NCBI GenBank assembly: GCA_963826525.1
Contig: CAWGXH010000004.1
Coordinates: 64,001-128,000 of the forward strand
From: an uncultured Methanomicrobiaceae archaeon
Lineage (GTDB): Archaea > Halobacteriota > Methanomicrobia > Methanomicrobiales > Methanoculleaceae
Reading direction: 5' to 3'
DNA length: 64,000 nucleotides
Part shown: piece by piece, positions 10,550 to 21,908 of the stretch
How the letters are laid out: each line of letters opens with the position of its first letter
How positions within the stretch are numbered: position 1 is the first letter of the stretch
Translations under genes and position numbers: made by a program
Notes under the pieces: model-generated
What the model saw: the letters and a program-made list of their open reading frames with translations, nothing else
What the model was told of the DNA's origin: nothing
Database searches by the model: none

Positions 10550-12133
10550 GTGCGCCCGGGAGAAGTATTTCTTATTGCTCTAATCCTGCTCTGTGCCGCG
10601 ATGGCCATCCTATCGGCAGTAGAATCCACCTCCACCGAATCCCCTGCGGCAGTTCCGATTTCGGCATCCTTATCGCCCGATCCGGAACAGACCTTCGGCG
10701 CCGAATCGAACCCCACCGGCAGTCCCATCAGCGGGGGCGATGGCTACCACGATATCATCACGCCGATGGATAGCAGGGTGACTACTATCGTCACATCCGC
10801 CGACGAGTTGCTCACTGCTCTCCGGGACGCAGAGGACGGAGATGTGATCTACATCGATGAAAAAGCCCAGATCAATGTTGCGGATGTCCCGAAAGGAGTG
10901 ACCATCCCCGCTGGTGTAACGCTTGCCAGCAACCGGGGAGCGAGAAACGCAACCGGATCGGCAGTATATTCGTTCACCATCGAGGAGCCGGGAGAGTATA
11001 CTCTCTGGGGTCTTGTATCCGCATCCGATGAGAACGATAATTCATTCTGGGTTCGGGTTGACGGTGAGGAGAGCCGCCGGTGGGACCTGGAACCGGGTTT
11101 TGACTGGCACTGGATCAGGGAAGGATCCCACAATCTCTCCGCCGGAAAACAGACCCTGACCGTCCAGTGGCGGGAGGACGGTTCGAAACTCGATGGGATC
11201 CTCATCACAGGCGAACAGGGCTACGTTCCTGGTGCTGCCGTGGAAGAGCGAAACGGAGGGGGGCAGCTCTGGATAGAGGCAGAATCAGGGGCACTCACAT
11301 TTCCTATGGAGACAGTCCAGGATCCCAGAGCGTCGGGCGGGACGTACATCGCAGTTCCCGAAGGTTCCGGTATGGGTAATCCCCCAATCTCCCCGGGCGG
11401 GAGGATCTTCCTGACAGCAGCAGACGCCAGGTACCCGGTCGCACTCATTGCAGGAGGAGAGCAAGTACGGATCACCGGCCTCTGTATAGAGGGGCCGGAT
11501 ACAACAGTCGAAAGCGTGGATCACCCGGCCTATGGAATCCAGTCCTCTTACCGGAACCTCGAGGTGGACAACTGCGAGATCTCCGGTTGGAGCGGTGCCG
11601 CGATCAGTATTTCCGGCACAGGAGGTTCGGAGATGAAGACCGGCGGGTACATCCACCACAATTACATCCACCACAACCAGATGGCCGGCCTTGGATACGG
11701 CATCGTGGTATCCAACGGCGGGTTAGCTCTGATCGAGGCGAACTACTTCGACTATTGCCGGCACGCTATCGCCGGAACCGGGGTCGCCGGAGATGGATAC
11801 GAAGCAAGGTACAATATCTGCGGTCAGAACTTCATCGCAGGTTCTTCCCACAACTTCGACATGCACGGTGTAGCCGCAGGCTCCGGCACGATCGCAGGAG
11901 ACACGATCCGGATCCACCACAACACGTTCACGGCTACGGGTCCCTTGAACGCGTTCCCGGTTGCCATCCGGGGCGTTCCACGTGACGGCGCATACATCGA
12001 CCACAACTGGTTCTACTTCACCCGCGACGCACCAGTCTGGCAGACGGGAGGGCAGGGGAAGATTTTCATGACGGACAACCTGATCGGGCAGGCCGGAGCC
12101 TTCTCCGCATCGGGTCCGGTCAAGTACTACTGA
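10550..12133 (+). CDS. Membrane-anchored or secreted parallel beta-helix protein with an inserted carbohydrate-binding-like domain; paralog of the upstream C-terminal domain
   Basis: N-terminal hydrophobic segment; NPTGSP, HHNYIHHNQ, HNFDMHG, AIRGVPRDGAYIDHNWFYF and SGPxKYY shared with 7782-10291. Confidence 0.82.
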   Translation: MRPGEVFLIALILLCAAMAILSAVESTSTESPAAVPISASLSPDPEQTFGAESNPTGSPISGGDGYHDIITPMDSRVTTIVTSADELLTALRDAEDGDVIYIDEKAQINVADVPKGVTIPAGVTLASNRGARNATGSAVYSFTIEEPGEYTLWGLVSASDENDNSFWVRVDGEESRRWDLEPGFDWHWIREGSHNLSAGKQTLTVQWREDGSKLDGILITGEQGYVPGAAVEERNGGGQLWIEAESGALTFPMETVQDPRASGGTYIAVPEGSGMGNPPISPGGRIFLTAADARYPVALIAGGEQVRITGLCIEGPDTTVESVDHPAYGIQSSYRNLEVDNCEISGWSGAAISISGTGGSEMKTGGYIHHNYIHHNQMAGLGYGIVVSNGGLALIEANYFDYCRHAIAGTGVAGDGYEARYNICGQNFIAGSSHNFDMHGVAAGSGTIAGDTIRIHHNTFTATGPLNAFPVAIRGVPRDGAYIDHNWFYFTRDAPVWQTGGQGKIFMTDNLIGQAGAFSASGPVKYY

Positions 12134-12712
12134 ACAGGATCACCTTCGGATGAACTCGATACGCCGACTTGCGGCAGGGTGTATCAGTGCCGCTCGCTCC
12201 TCGCAAGGATGAAGGCGGGGATATAATCGGGCTCGTCGGATCCCGGCAAGAAACGATTTGAGGGAGGCCGGGAGGCGGGGCACATGATTCCTGGCATACA
12301 GCATTCCTCAGGAAGAAGGTACTCCCCCCATCTCTCTGCAGGAAGACAGGTCTTCCTTCTAAAGAGAGCCCAACAGAGGCCCAAAAATACAGCTTCTCGT
12401 TGCCTGTACGATGCATATGCCGACGCTCGATACACCGGTCGAAACAGGTTGTTCGAGGGAATTTTCCACGGAAAACTAATCCCATAAACAGCAACATATT
12501 CAGGCGCCGTATGTGTCCGTTCAGTCAAGTGTTTCAGAGGGTTCGAGACGCCCATCTTTGAGGCGATGAGATCGAGACATTTCTTCGTTGCGTTCAGATC
12601 GCTCTCGCATACCCCGGAATAGGAGCTGTTCTGACCCGCAGAGGGAATGTGCTGAAACCCCTCGTCACCAACACCCCGGTGACGGCAAGCTTAGGTTTAT
12701 TAGGGTTGAGCA

Positions 12713-14683
12713 TTGAAAGGGGGTTCATCAGAGATGGAGACCGGGTCTGGAATGAAAATTCGATCACTCGAAAAAATGGCCAATATTTTCCCGTACCTGG
12801 TACTATCCGCCTATATCGCAGGCTGCATCTTCTGCTTCTTGATCGACAAAATGAGTTACCTGATCAACGGTTCGATAATGGCGGTTCCCGCAATTCTCGG
12901 ATCCTTTGCGTTCATATTCATAAAAAGAAAGGATCTCGACCTGTCAGAGAATCCGGAGCTGTTTCGATACAACCTTTCAGCCTCTCCGATACTATTCCTG
13001 CTGATCTATGCAATTACCATTTCGGCCTTTTTCATAACCCCGGTTGATTCCAATTGGGGTTTACTCACGGTGCTCATTCTGTATGGCATAATTTTTGTCC
13101 AGATTTTCTCCACGCGGCTCCTACCGGGAGTCGTGCTCTTTGAGCTCATGCTCACCCTCGCAGTCACTATCTACAACTACACTCTGCGACCGGCTCTGTA
13201 CTTCGGGACGACGGATATAATGCCGCATATCCAAATGTCCACCGTCACCTATCTGTCAGGGCACGTTATCTCAGGCGAACTCGGAACATACACGTACTTT
13301 CCTCTGTATCATATAGCCGTGGCCATATCTTCGCACGTACTCGGTCAGGATATCCAGACATCGCTCTTTATCACCACCGGCCTGATATTCACCTCAACGG
13401 TACTGTTCCTGTATTACCTGGTCAACAACGTATTCCGCAATGAACAGATCGCCCTTCTGGCTGTTCTTGCATATGCAATGAATGCCGACGTCATATATTA
13501 CGGCACTTATATGGTGACGAGAACCATGGCTTACATCGGGTTTCTCATCCTCCTGTACCTGCTTTACTCCATGGCAGACACGAAAACCGGCACAGACCAT
13601 GCCGTCGCCAGGCCTGCCACAAGAAGGATATTTGCCGTTATCACGGTGATTTTCATTCTGTTGACCCACCAGGTTTCCATGCCCATGATCATCATCCTGA
13701 TCGGGCTCTTCTTTGTCCTCGAACGGCTAGTCGGTGAAAGGAGACGTATGAGTCCGGCCTTCCTGATGGTTCCCGTCTCCCTGTTGGCCTTTTACTGGCT
13801 TTTCATAGCCTACCCCTTCCTCAATTACCTTGCCCCGCGCGCTGAGCTGTCCTTATACCAGAATATTGTCTTCACCGAAGTGGTGTACCAGGGCTGGAGT
13901 TTCCTCCTGAGTCAGGTAGATTCCCTCTTTGTCGTGTTTTTTGCAGTGATAGGAGCTATCTACCTCATATGGAAGCAGCAGCCGAAGTATTCGATCCTGT
14001 TTGGCATGTTAGGATTGGTAGCGATCATCCTGAATGTTCCAAGCGTCCTTACGGTGATATTCCAATTAGTTTCAGTACTTCGCATTGATCGGTTTGCGAT
14101 CCTGTTTCTGCCGATTCTTGCCGTCGCAATGGGTGTCGGCATCTACATCCTCGCCCGATACCTGACCACCACAAGGATAGCACCACGGTGGATTGGGGTA
14201 GTGCTGATCGCTCTGGTCGCCCTCTACGGCATCAGTTCCCTCGGGTTCGTCAAGGAAGAGCAAAATTACATCCGCTACTCCTTCAATCAGGACGAAATAA
14301 CCGGGTTTGACCACATAGTAGCGACGGTGCCGAGCGGATCTTCTCTCTATTCAGACTACTATACACTGCGGTTCTTCGGAATGAAAGAGATCAGCGAGTC
14401 CAAGCGGCTGGGACTGCCTTACTACACAAATTCTCTGATGCAACCTGATCTGGAGATGGTGGGGGGCAGAGGATATATCATTCTCCTAGGCGGCCAGCTC
14501 GTCCGCGGGGGGTTGCTCTTCGGAGATGCGGCGGCGATGGAAGAGGAGGAGCTTGATCCGGAGAACAGTCTTCAGCCCTACCTGCCTACCGGGGAGAATA
14601 TCCAAAATATTACACGCAGACTATCTGCGGAAGATAAGGTTTACTCAAATAGTGGGATAGACGTATACCGTTTCCTGAACTGA
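12713..14683 (+). CDS. Large polytopic membrane protein, GT-C/Wzy-like (candidate glycan polymerase or ligase); start uncertain
   Basis: Many hydrophobic segments; GTTDIMPH, YTYFPLYH and RIDRF motifs; C-terminal soluble domain ending KVYSNSG; polysaccharide-locus context. Confidence 0.6.
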   Translation: MKGGSSEMETGSGMKIRSLEKMANIFPYLVLSAYIAGCIFCFLIDKMSYLINGSIMAVPAILGSFAFIFIKRKDLDLSENPELFRYNLSASPILFLLIYAITISAFFITPVDSNWGLLTVLILYGIIFVQIFSTRLLPGVVLFELMLTLAVTIYNYTLRPALYFGTTDIMPHIQMSTVTYLSGHVISGELGTYTYFPLYHIAVAISSHVLGQDIQTSLFITTGLIFTSTVLFLYYLVNNVFRNEQIALLAVLAYAMNADVIYYGTYMVTRTMAYIGFLILLYLLYSMADTKTGTDHAVARPATRRIFAVITVIFILLTHQVSMPMIIILIGLFFVLERLVGERRRMSPAFLMVPVSLLAFYWLFIAYPFLNYLAPRAELSLYQNIVFTEVVYQGWSFLLSQVDSLFVVFFAVIGAIYLIWKQQPKYSILFGMLGLVAIILNVPSVLTVIFQLVSVLRIDRFAILFLPILAVAMGVGIYILARYLTTTRIAPRWIGVVLIALVALYGISSLGFVKEEQNYIRYSFNQDEITGFDHIVATVPSGSSLYSDYYTLRFFGMKEISESKRLGLPYYTNSLMQPDLEMVGGRGYIILLGGQLVRGGLLFGDAAAMEEEELDPENSLQPYLPTGENIQNITRRLSAEDKVYSNSGIDVYRFLN

Positions 14684-16293
14684 CGGATGCAGGAGAGAAT
14701 ACAGCGAGCGATTTTCTGCAAACGCCATTGTAATGAGCCCAGTGTTGGCAGAGAATGGGATCGACCAGCAGAACGATCACGCCGTGAATGAGAACTTTGC
14801 TTCATGCTCGTTGATAACGGGGGACGACGGAGGGTTTTAACTATCATGGCGGGCAGATGCGGCGGACCGCCCGCGATGGGATAGACCGTCTTTGCCGTGA
14901 TCCTGTCTGCGGGTTGACCAGCCCGAGAATGTATTTTCAGGGAGCAGATATCGACGGAAGATCGCTCTTCTCCCCGGAGCCCAAAATGAGCACCCCCGAA
15001 CAGTATCAGGGAGGGGAGAGTCTTTCTCATCGAAGCAGCCGTCTCCATAGGCGCCGGGAAGCGGAACAGCACGAGATCCCCGGCGGTGACGTGCGGCTTT
15101 GGCCCTACTATCGCATGAGGAGGCTCCCCCATCCGGTCAGAAGGGTTTCGATGGCCCCTGAATAAAGAGACCGCAACCAGAGAATGGCGAAACCCGCACC
15201 AAAATAGTGCATACCCGGGAATTTCACTGCAGGCCTCCACCCGGGGTACATTTCCGGCATCATACGGCATTCAAAAATGGGCTCAAGAGCCGATAGCCGT
15301 CGGATCTCTCTGGCTATCCGTGGTTATGTTGAGCGCCTTTCGGCCTGTACAACCGGGGAATGACGATAAAGCAACTATGGCAAATACCGGTATGGCGAGG
15401 AGCCTTGCCTGCAGCTCCGGTAGCATCAAGGATATTCCAGAAAGGTTTCGGAGCTCTCGCACTCGATCCGGCCATGAAGGGTGCTACAGACAGGACCTGA
15501 TCGTGAGTAGAACCAACCGGCGGGTCTCGCACTGCAGAAGAAGTATCGGAGGGTTTAAAATTACCCATTAAGGGGCAATTTGAGGACGGCTCGTTTTTAT
15601 ACAGAAATTATTATATAGTATGAGTTATCCCCTTGAGAAACACGGGGGCTCATAGGCATGCAGAATGAAAATATCATCGAATCATGGATTTCCCGGCAAC
15701 TCTCTGGAAATTTGCCAGCACTCAGGACTGAAGAGACATCCACGGCTCGTGCAGCTGTGGTCGTTGTACCCGATTCTTGCGAGGAACCGATCTTCAGGCT
15801 GTGCCGTCCTGCTCTCAGGGTAACGCTGCGGGACCACTCTGATCATCATAGACCTTTCCTGCGGGGGGATGCAAGATTCAACCAGTTCTCATATGCCGAC
15901 TTCCACGTTCAGGATAAACGTCAGGGATACAGGCCCCCCGGAAGACGCTCTTCACCGCAAATCAGGCATGCGCAGACGGGATCTCCGGAACCGGCGGGGG
16001 GCATTCCGGATGGCAGCTAAGCGTATACGACCTCCGGTGATCGCTCACATGCCGGGGACAGTCACCATACGATGCGGTGTCGATCGGACGACCCCAGGGA
16101 AGCTCCATCCCGAAACCTTCCCGGCGAGTATGATCAGGGGATTGTGGACAACGGGATCAGAGAAAGGCGGGGCTGCTGCCCTCACCCCAGCGAGGCCGGA
16201 TCGGCAGCCTCCAGACCACACAGAAGGTCGGAGAAGTCAGGCAGGAGAGGTTCCAGCGGCGAACGGCACAATTCGCGTCATCCGGAGTATGCC

Positions 16294-17499
16294 ATGAGAA
16301 TAGCGCAAGTAACTCCGTATTTTTTGCCGCATAACGGTGGGATGGAGCAGTATGTCTATAACTTAAGTAAAAGTCTGATAAACGATGGCCATACGGTTGA
16401 GGTGATAACTGCGAATGTGCCGAAGGGCATGGCTTTTGAGGTTATGGACGGGATTCCCGTCAGAAGATTAAGCTGCATCGGGGAACCACTCCGAAATCCT
16501 CTTGTTCCATCGATATTTTCCCTCCTGGATGAGTTGCAGCAGTTCGACGTAATCCACGTACACAACCTGTATAGTTTCATTACCCTTTCCGTTTCCCTCC
16601 TGAAAATGTTCTGCAAAAATCCCCTGGTCCTCACACACCACGGTCAGTTAATGTTCGGAGAGCCTCTGAAGGACGTATGCGTGAGGATCTATGAAAAGAG
16701 CATAAAGGGAATTATTTTAAACTCCGTTGATAAAGCCGTGGTTCTTTCACAATCAGATGCCCGGCATATCCCACTACACGGTGAACAGTCGGCGTTGGAT
16801 CGCGTGCACCACCCGGATCCGAGCGTGATCCCAATTCCAAACGGTTACGATAGCACGAAATTCCACCCGATGGACACCCGAAAGTGCAGGGATCTTTTGC
16901 AGTTACCTCAGGACAGGAAGGTAATTCTCAATGTCGGCAGGCTGTATGGCGCAGTAAAGGGGCATGAATACCTTATCAGAGCGATGTCTCAGATCGTAAA
17001 AGAACGAGAAGACATTCTCTGTGTCATTGTCGGTCCCGGGAGACTTTATAGCACCCTCGAAGGCCAGATCCGTTCGCTCGGCCTGGAAGACTACGTCATG
17101 CTCGCCGGCGGGAGGCCGCACGACGAGATCCCCCTCTGGGTGAATGCCTGCGATATCTTTGCCCTGCCGAGCCTCAGTGAGGGCAACCCGACGGTCATGT
17201 TTGAGGCCTTCGGGTGCGGAAAGCCTTTTGTGGGAACGAGGGTCGGTGGGGTGCCGGAGGTCGTCGTCTCCGATGACTACGGCCTGCTGGTCGAGCCCGC
17301 CGATTCCAACGATCTGGCGGAGAAGGTTCTGGTGGCGCTGGACCGGGAGTGGAACAGGGAGATGATCCTAGCGTACGCGGAGCGGTTTACCTGGGAGACG
17401 GTTACGAAAGAGATCACCGGAGTCTATGCTCAGGCTCTGGAGAGGAGTTACGAAAGAGATCACCGGAATCTATGCCCAGGCTCTGGAGAGAGGGGTTAG
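16294..17499 (+). CDS. Glycosyltransferase family 4
   Basis: MRIAQVTPYFLPHNGGME, KGHEYLI, PSLSEGNPTVMFEA (Ex7E) and TRVGGVPEV. Confidence 0.9.
   Translation: MRIAQVTPYFLPHNGGMEQYVYNLSKSLINDGHTVEVITANVPKGMAFEVMDGIPVRRLSCIGEPLRNPLVPSIFSLLDELQQFDVIHVHNLYSFITLSVSLLKMFCKNPLVLTHHGQLMFGEPLKDVCVRIYEKSIKGIILNSVDKAVVLSQSDARHIPLHGEQSALDRVHHPDPSVIPIPNGYDSTKFHPMDTRKCRDLLQLPQDRKVILNVGRLYGAVKGHEYLIRAMSQIVKEREDILCVIVGPGRLYSTLEGQIRSLGLEDYVMLAGGRPHDEIPLWVNACDIFALPSLSEGNPTVMFEAFGCGKPFVGTRVGGVPEVVVSDDYGLLVEPADSNDLAEKVLVALDREWNREMILAYAERFTWETVTKEITGVYAQALERSYERDHRNLCPGSGERG
17401..17490 (+). repeat. Tandem duplication: 44-bp unit, 46-bp period, 2 mismatches
   Basis: GTTACGAAAGAGATCACCGGA(G/A)TCTATGC(T/C)CAGGCTCTGGAGAG at 17401 and 17447. 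Confidence 0.92.
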
Positions 17500-17607
17500 A
17501 ATGAAACAGGATCAGTCCGATACTCCCGATCTCGGCCGCTCAAGGAGAACTATCGAGTGGCCGCGACATCTCCACGGCAACCGCCCGGGTAAAAGGAGAA
17601 TCGCCGC

Positions 17608-18727
17608 ATGAAACTGCTGATCTGTACAACGGAATATTTTCCACACGGCGCAGGTATCGCCAATGTCGTCTACAATATCGTAGAGCAACTCAAGGGCAAG
17701 GGTTTTGAGTGCACGGTCTGCTCTCCGACCGGCCCGGACATCGAACTCGGCAGTTGGGGCTTAATTGAGAAGGCAGGGGTTCTCGGGCTGCTCAACTACT
17801 GGCATCAGGTTTCACGGTACTTTAAAGGCAATGATTTTGATGCTGCCTGGCTCCAGAACCCGTTCATCGTCACTAAAAATCCATTTCAAGCGCTGCCTGG
17901 TGACGATGCACTCGACCTACTCCGGATCGAGCGCCAAAGGAGTAGGAAATCTTCCGATCCACCTGTATGAGTCAGTCGTTGCACGCATGGAGCGTTCCTG
18001 CCTGACCCGCATGCCCCCCAGCACCCTCTTCACCGGCGTCGGGCAACCGGTTCGGGAGGAACTGGAGGAGATCGGGGTCGGGAGCGATCGGATCTCCTAC
18101 ATCGCCAACGGGGTCAACACCAGCCACTTCCACCCCTCTGCCGATAGGAAAGAGATCCGCGAGAAGTTCGGGATCCCTGAAGATGATCTCGTTCTCCTGA
18201 GTGTCGGGCGGATGACTCCGGCAAAACAGCCGTTTACCCTGATCGAGGTATTCGCGCACCTTGAGAAGAGACTGGGAGATACAACCCTCTGCATCGCCGG
18301 CGGCGGTGAGCTCCTCGAGGCGGCACAGGGACTGGCACGGAGGATGGGGTTACGCAACATCCGTTTTCTCGGATCTGTGGATCATGACCGGGATCTCCCC
18401 GGCCTCTATGCCTGCGCCGATTACTACATCATGGCCTCAAAGTATGAGGGGGGAATGCCACCGCTCACCCTTGCAGAAGCGATGGCCTCGGGGCTGCCGT
18501 GTATCGTATCCGATATCCCCAACCTGAGGATCGTGAACGAAGCGGACGCCGGGATAACAATTGATTTTGATGGGGTCTCAGAAGCGAGTGATATAATTTT
18601 TGAGTATCTGAAGGGGGATCATTCATCCCAGGCAAGAAACGCAAGAAGATATGCTGAGGATATGTTAAGTTGGGATATACTTTCAACGGAGTATTTACAC
18701 CTGTTCGAGCATCTGACGAACGGATAG
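17608..18727 (+). CDS. Glycosyltransferase family 4, frameshift near 17880
   Basis: MKLLICTTEYFPHGAGIA; SVGRMTPAKQ; SKYEGGMPPLTLAEAMASGLP. Confidence 0.88.
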
Positions 18728-19151
18728 TTCTGCCGTTCTGCAGAGGTAAATTAAAAAAAGGTTCCAAATCACCGTATATTCTTTCGCTGGAACACTCCAG
18801 TCACCGCCGATTCGATCAATGAGGCCGTCGCAACGCTTCTCCGTAGGCTGGTGACCTCTGCCGGCAAAGTCTTGGAGGGGATTGAGGATTCATGCCGCTC
18901 ACACCCTACGGACAGGGCATTCCCGCCATGCCAATTACGCCCGGCGCACAGGAAGGTTGAGTGCTTTACGGCTTTCCAGGGATCACTGCGGAGACGCATG
19001 GTGTGCAGACGTTTCTCACGAAACTCCCAAAGGTCTCCGTTAATATCGTAAAGTGCCACAAAGCCGAGTATTTTAGAGAGCGGAAGATTTAGGATAGCCT
19101 CGCCAGATACCCGGGAGTCGTTAGTTTTAAACCGGATAATGGTGCCACAGA

Positions 19152-20439
19152 GTGGTTGATACCCCTATGGACGTGATTATTCTTGATGCACATCCGGTTG
19201 AGGATGTGCGACTTGAGAGGCATATAACATACCTTGCAGAGCAGGGAGTAAACGTCTCCAGGATACACTTCAACTACACAGACGAGTCTGCCAAACCGGG
19301 TATCTTCTCCCAGCACGGCGTGAAAGGGTTCAGGATTAACCGACTATTCTTCCAGGGAAAAATCAGGACCCTTTACTTCATGGGGTACTGTTTACAGACG
19401 GAAGATACTGGCAGAGTGCCGTAACGCGTTGAAGGCGCTCGATATCGACCCGGCACAGCCATCCGTTCTTCATGTTCACGATCCCCTGTTGCTGCCATTG
19501 GCCGGGATGCTGGTAAAAGGCAGCATGCCTAACTCCAGAGTTGTCTATGACAGGCATGAGGTCTACGAGGAATGGGTTCACTTCCGCGGGATCTCCATAC
19601 CTCTTTTCTACGAAGACCTCGCAAAGAAATGGATCTCCGGGACGGTTGTCGTCTCAGACCGTCATCTTGATGCAGTTCGCGGGTTGTTCCCGGAATCATG
19701 CACCATAGCGGTTCCGAACTATGCGGCATCCGCAGTTTATAATGCGGATACGATAAACGCGAAGATTCATCCGGCTCATCCGGGAGCGGAGGTACATGCC
19801 CTCTACATAGGGAGTCTCAATAACGAGGCCGATAGAGATGTCGACCTCCTCCTTGACATTGCAGATGCGGCCATTCAGTCATATGATAATGTGACCTTCA
19901 CGGTCGGTGGAACCTCGCTGGATGAGTATTCAAGAGTGAAGATTGATGATCTCGCCAGAAAACATAATGGGAGGTTCCAGTTCCTCGGCTATGTTCCGCG
20001 GGAGAAGACGATCGAGCTTACTGAGGAGGCCCATATCGGCTTCCTCCTCGTGAGACCGGACGCGAGGTACTGGGTGAAGACTTCGCCCAATAAAATTTTT
20101 GAATATCTGGTCTGCGGCACGGTTCCCATTATCAGAGCCGATGTCGATCATGCCGATGCACTTGAAAAATGTTCACTGATCTTTGACCGTTCCGATAGCA
20201 ATGAGACTATACTCAACGCTGCTCTTGATCTGCTCGGCAGTCCTGAAAGACTTAAGGAACATATGCAAAGTGCCAGAGAGTTAAGCATCAATTATACCTG
20301 GGAGTCTGTAGCATGCCGGTATATTGAGCTTTATAAAACGTTACTCTCTTCTGAGGTTTACCCCAATCCCTCTACAGGGAGAGAACATCCGAATACCGAC
20401 GGCTATCAGGTTCGAGAGGCGTCAACTACCCCTGACTGA
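19152..20439 (+). CDS. Glycosyltransferase family 4-like, frameshift near 19395
   Basis: HPVEDVR, LHVHDP, VYDRHE and SPNKIFEY motifs. Confidence 0.82.
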
Positions 20440-21140
20440 AGTCGCGGGCATGGTGCCGTAGGTGGCATCATGCTCTTTACAGGCCTGCGATTCAGCCTCT
20501 CTCCCGTAGCCCCGGAGCAGACCGCAATAGGCTCGCTGACGGGAAACCCGGGCAGCGAGATTCAACCCTTGCATTGAGATCGGCGTTCTCGACGTGTCCC
20601 CATGCACGGCACAAGGACTCGGCCAGACTCCTGCGGTTTTTCGGGTCGATGGAACCGCAGACGCTGCACTGCTGGTTTGTATGGGCTCCATCGATCACCT
20701 TTACCCCCACCCTGAGTTTTCCTGACCCTGTTACTCGATGAAGGATCTCAGCCGATGAAACTCCTATTTGCGGCGTCGCTCGCGCTGATCGTGTCTAAAC
20801 ATAGTCCACTGGAGAATACCCGCGAAATCTTCCGGGGCAATCCCCCGCTTCGTGCCTTCTGCGGTGCAAACGATACTCTTGCTGATGATGTGGTTGACGT
20901 TGTCCGTGAACCGGCTCTCTCTGCCGGGAGATCGTGCGCAGTTTCTCCCCGGCATCCTTCGGACTCTTCCGTACCGGTTCCGCACCTTCTCGGTAGCCTC
21001 GCTCGTAGCGATATTGCCATCGCTCGTCGTGGCGATGTTCACTACTCCGAGGCCTATGCCGAGATACTCAGTTGGAGTTGCTATTTCAACGTCAGGAACT
21101 TTCGTTTTCTCGCTTTCCGGGATACGGGTTTCCGGTTTTC
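20421..21140 (-). pseudogene. tnpB: Decayed IS200/IS605-family tnpB remnant with its right end
   Basis: Fragments YLGIGLGVVNIATTSDG (RuvC-I D to G), NVNHIISKSIV, IAPEDF, TNQQCSVCG and NADLNA; ends GGGGTAGTTGAC on the minus strand at 20421. Confidence 0.82.
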
Positions 21141-21908
21141 CATTCCCACCGGTCTCTCCAGACTCCTCGTCGTTCACCACCTGATGTCAGAGAAGCGTGG
21201 GACCGTGACGGTCGGGATTGGACTGCTCATGGGCGCGAAAATCTTCGATTTCCAGAGATTTCGGATATTTGAACTTTATTCTTTCATGTGCAAAAATTTT
21301 GACGGACGGCACATGGCAACTGCCGGAGTCGGCATTCGTAAAAGCCGCCTGTGACACGAAGTATAAGAGTGGATTAGAGAGAAACAGAGGTTTTCATCTC
21401 TCGAGAGACTGATGCGCCTCTGACTCTTACGAAACTCCCGTTGTACGTCCGCTACAGATAACACTTCGCGTCATAACCAATTATCTCGAGAAATGCGCAA
21501 TTCTCAACCGTTTCGTTTGCCTATAGTAAAATGTTCCCTCTCCGGCTTGTAAATGGATTTTCATCAATCCGACTCCAAAAGTGCCTTAAGCGCAGTTTAA
21601 CTTTCATTTTGAACCTGAAATCAAAAATTCATGCCAGGATTCGAGGTCATTCTCTCTGCGTATCGGGAATTAGATCTGCAGCAAATGATTTATATACAAT
21701 AATGCCCTGAAACCCCGGTAGGTCGGGAGGTCTATGCCAGTCGTTGGCTGAAAAGTAAATCGTGCGTGGTCGAATCCTGTACCTTCTACAATAGACTTTC
21801 CGAAGCCTACCGGCAACACCTGACGATCACAAAAGGCATGCTTGAAGGTTCAGCTTTTGGGCGGAGGGACCTGGAAGTTGATCTATCAATAAGAACTGAG
21901 GGGGTAAT

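Noticed and set aside
17401-17490. CRISPR-like repeat pair
   Set aside because: Only two adjacent units with a 2-bp gap, inside a coding 3' end; no spacers or cas genes
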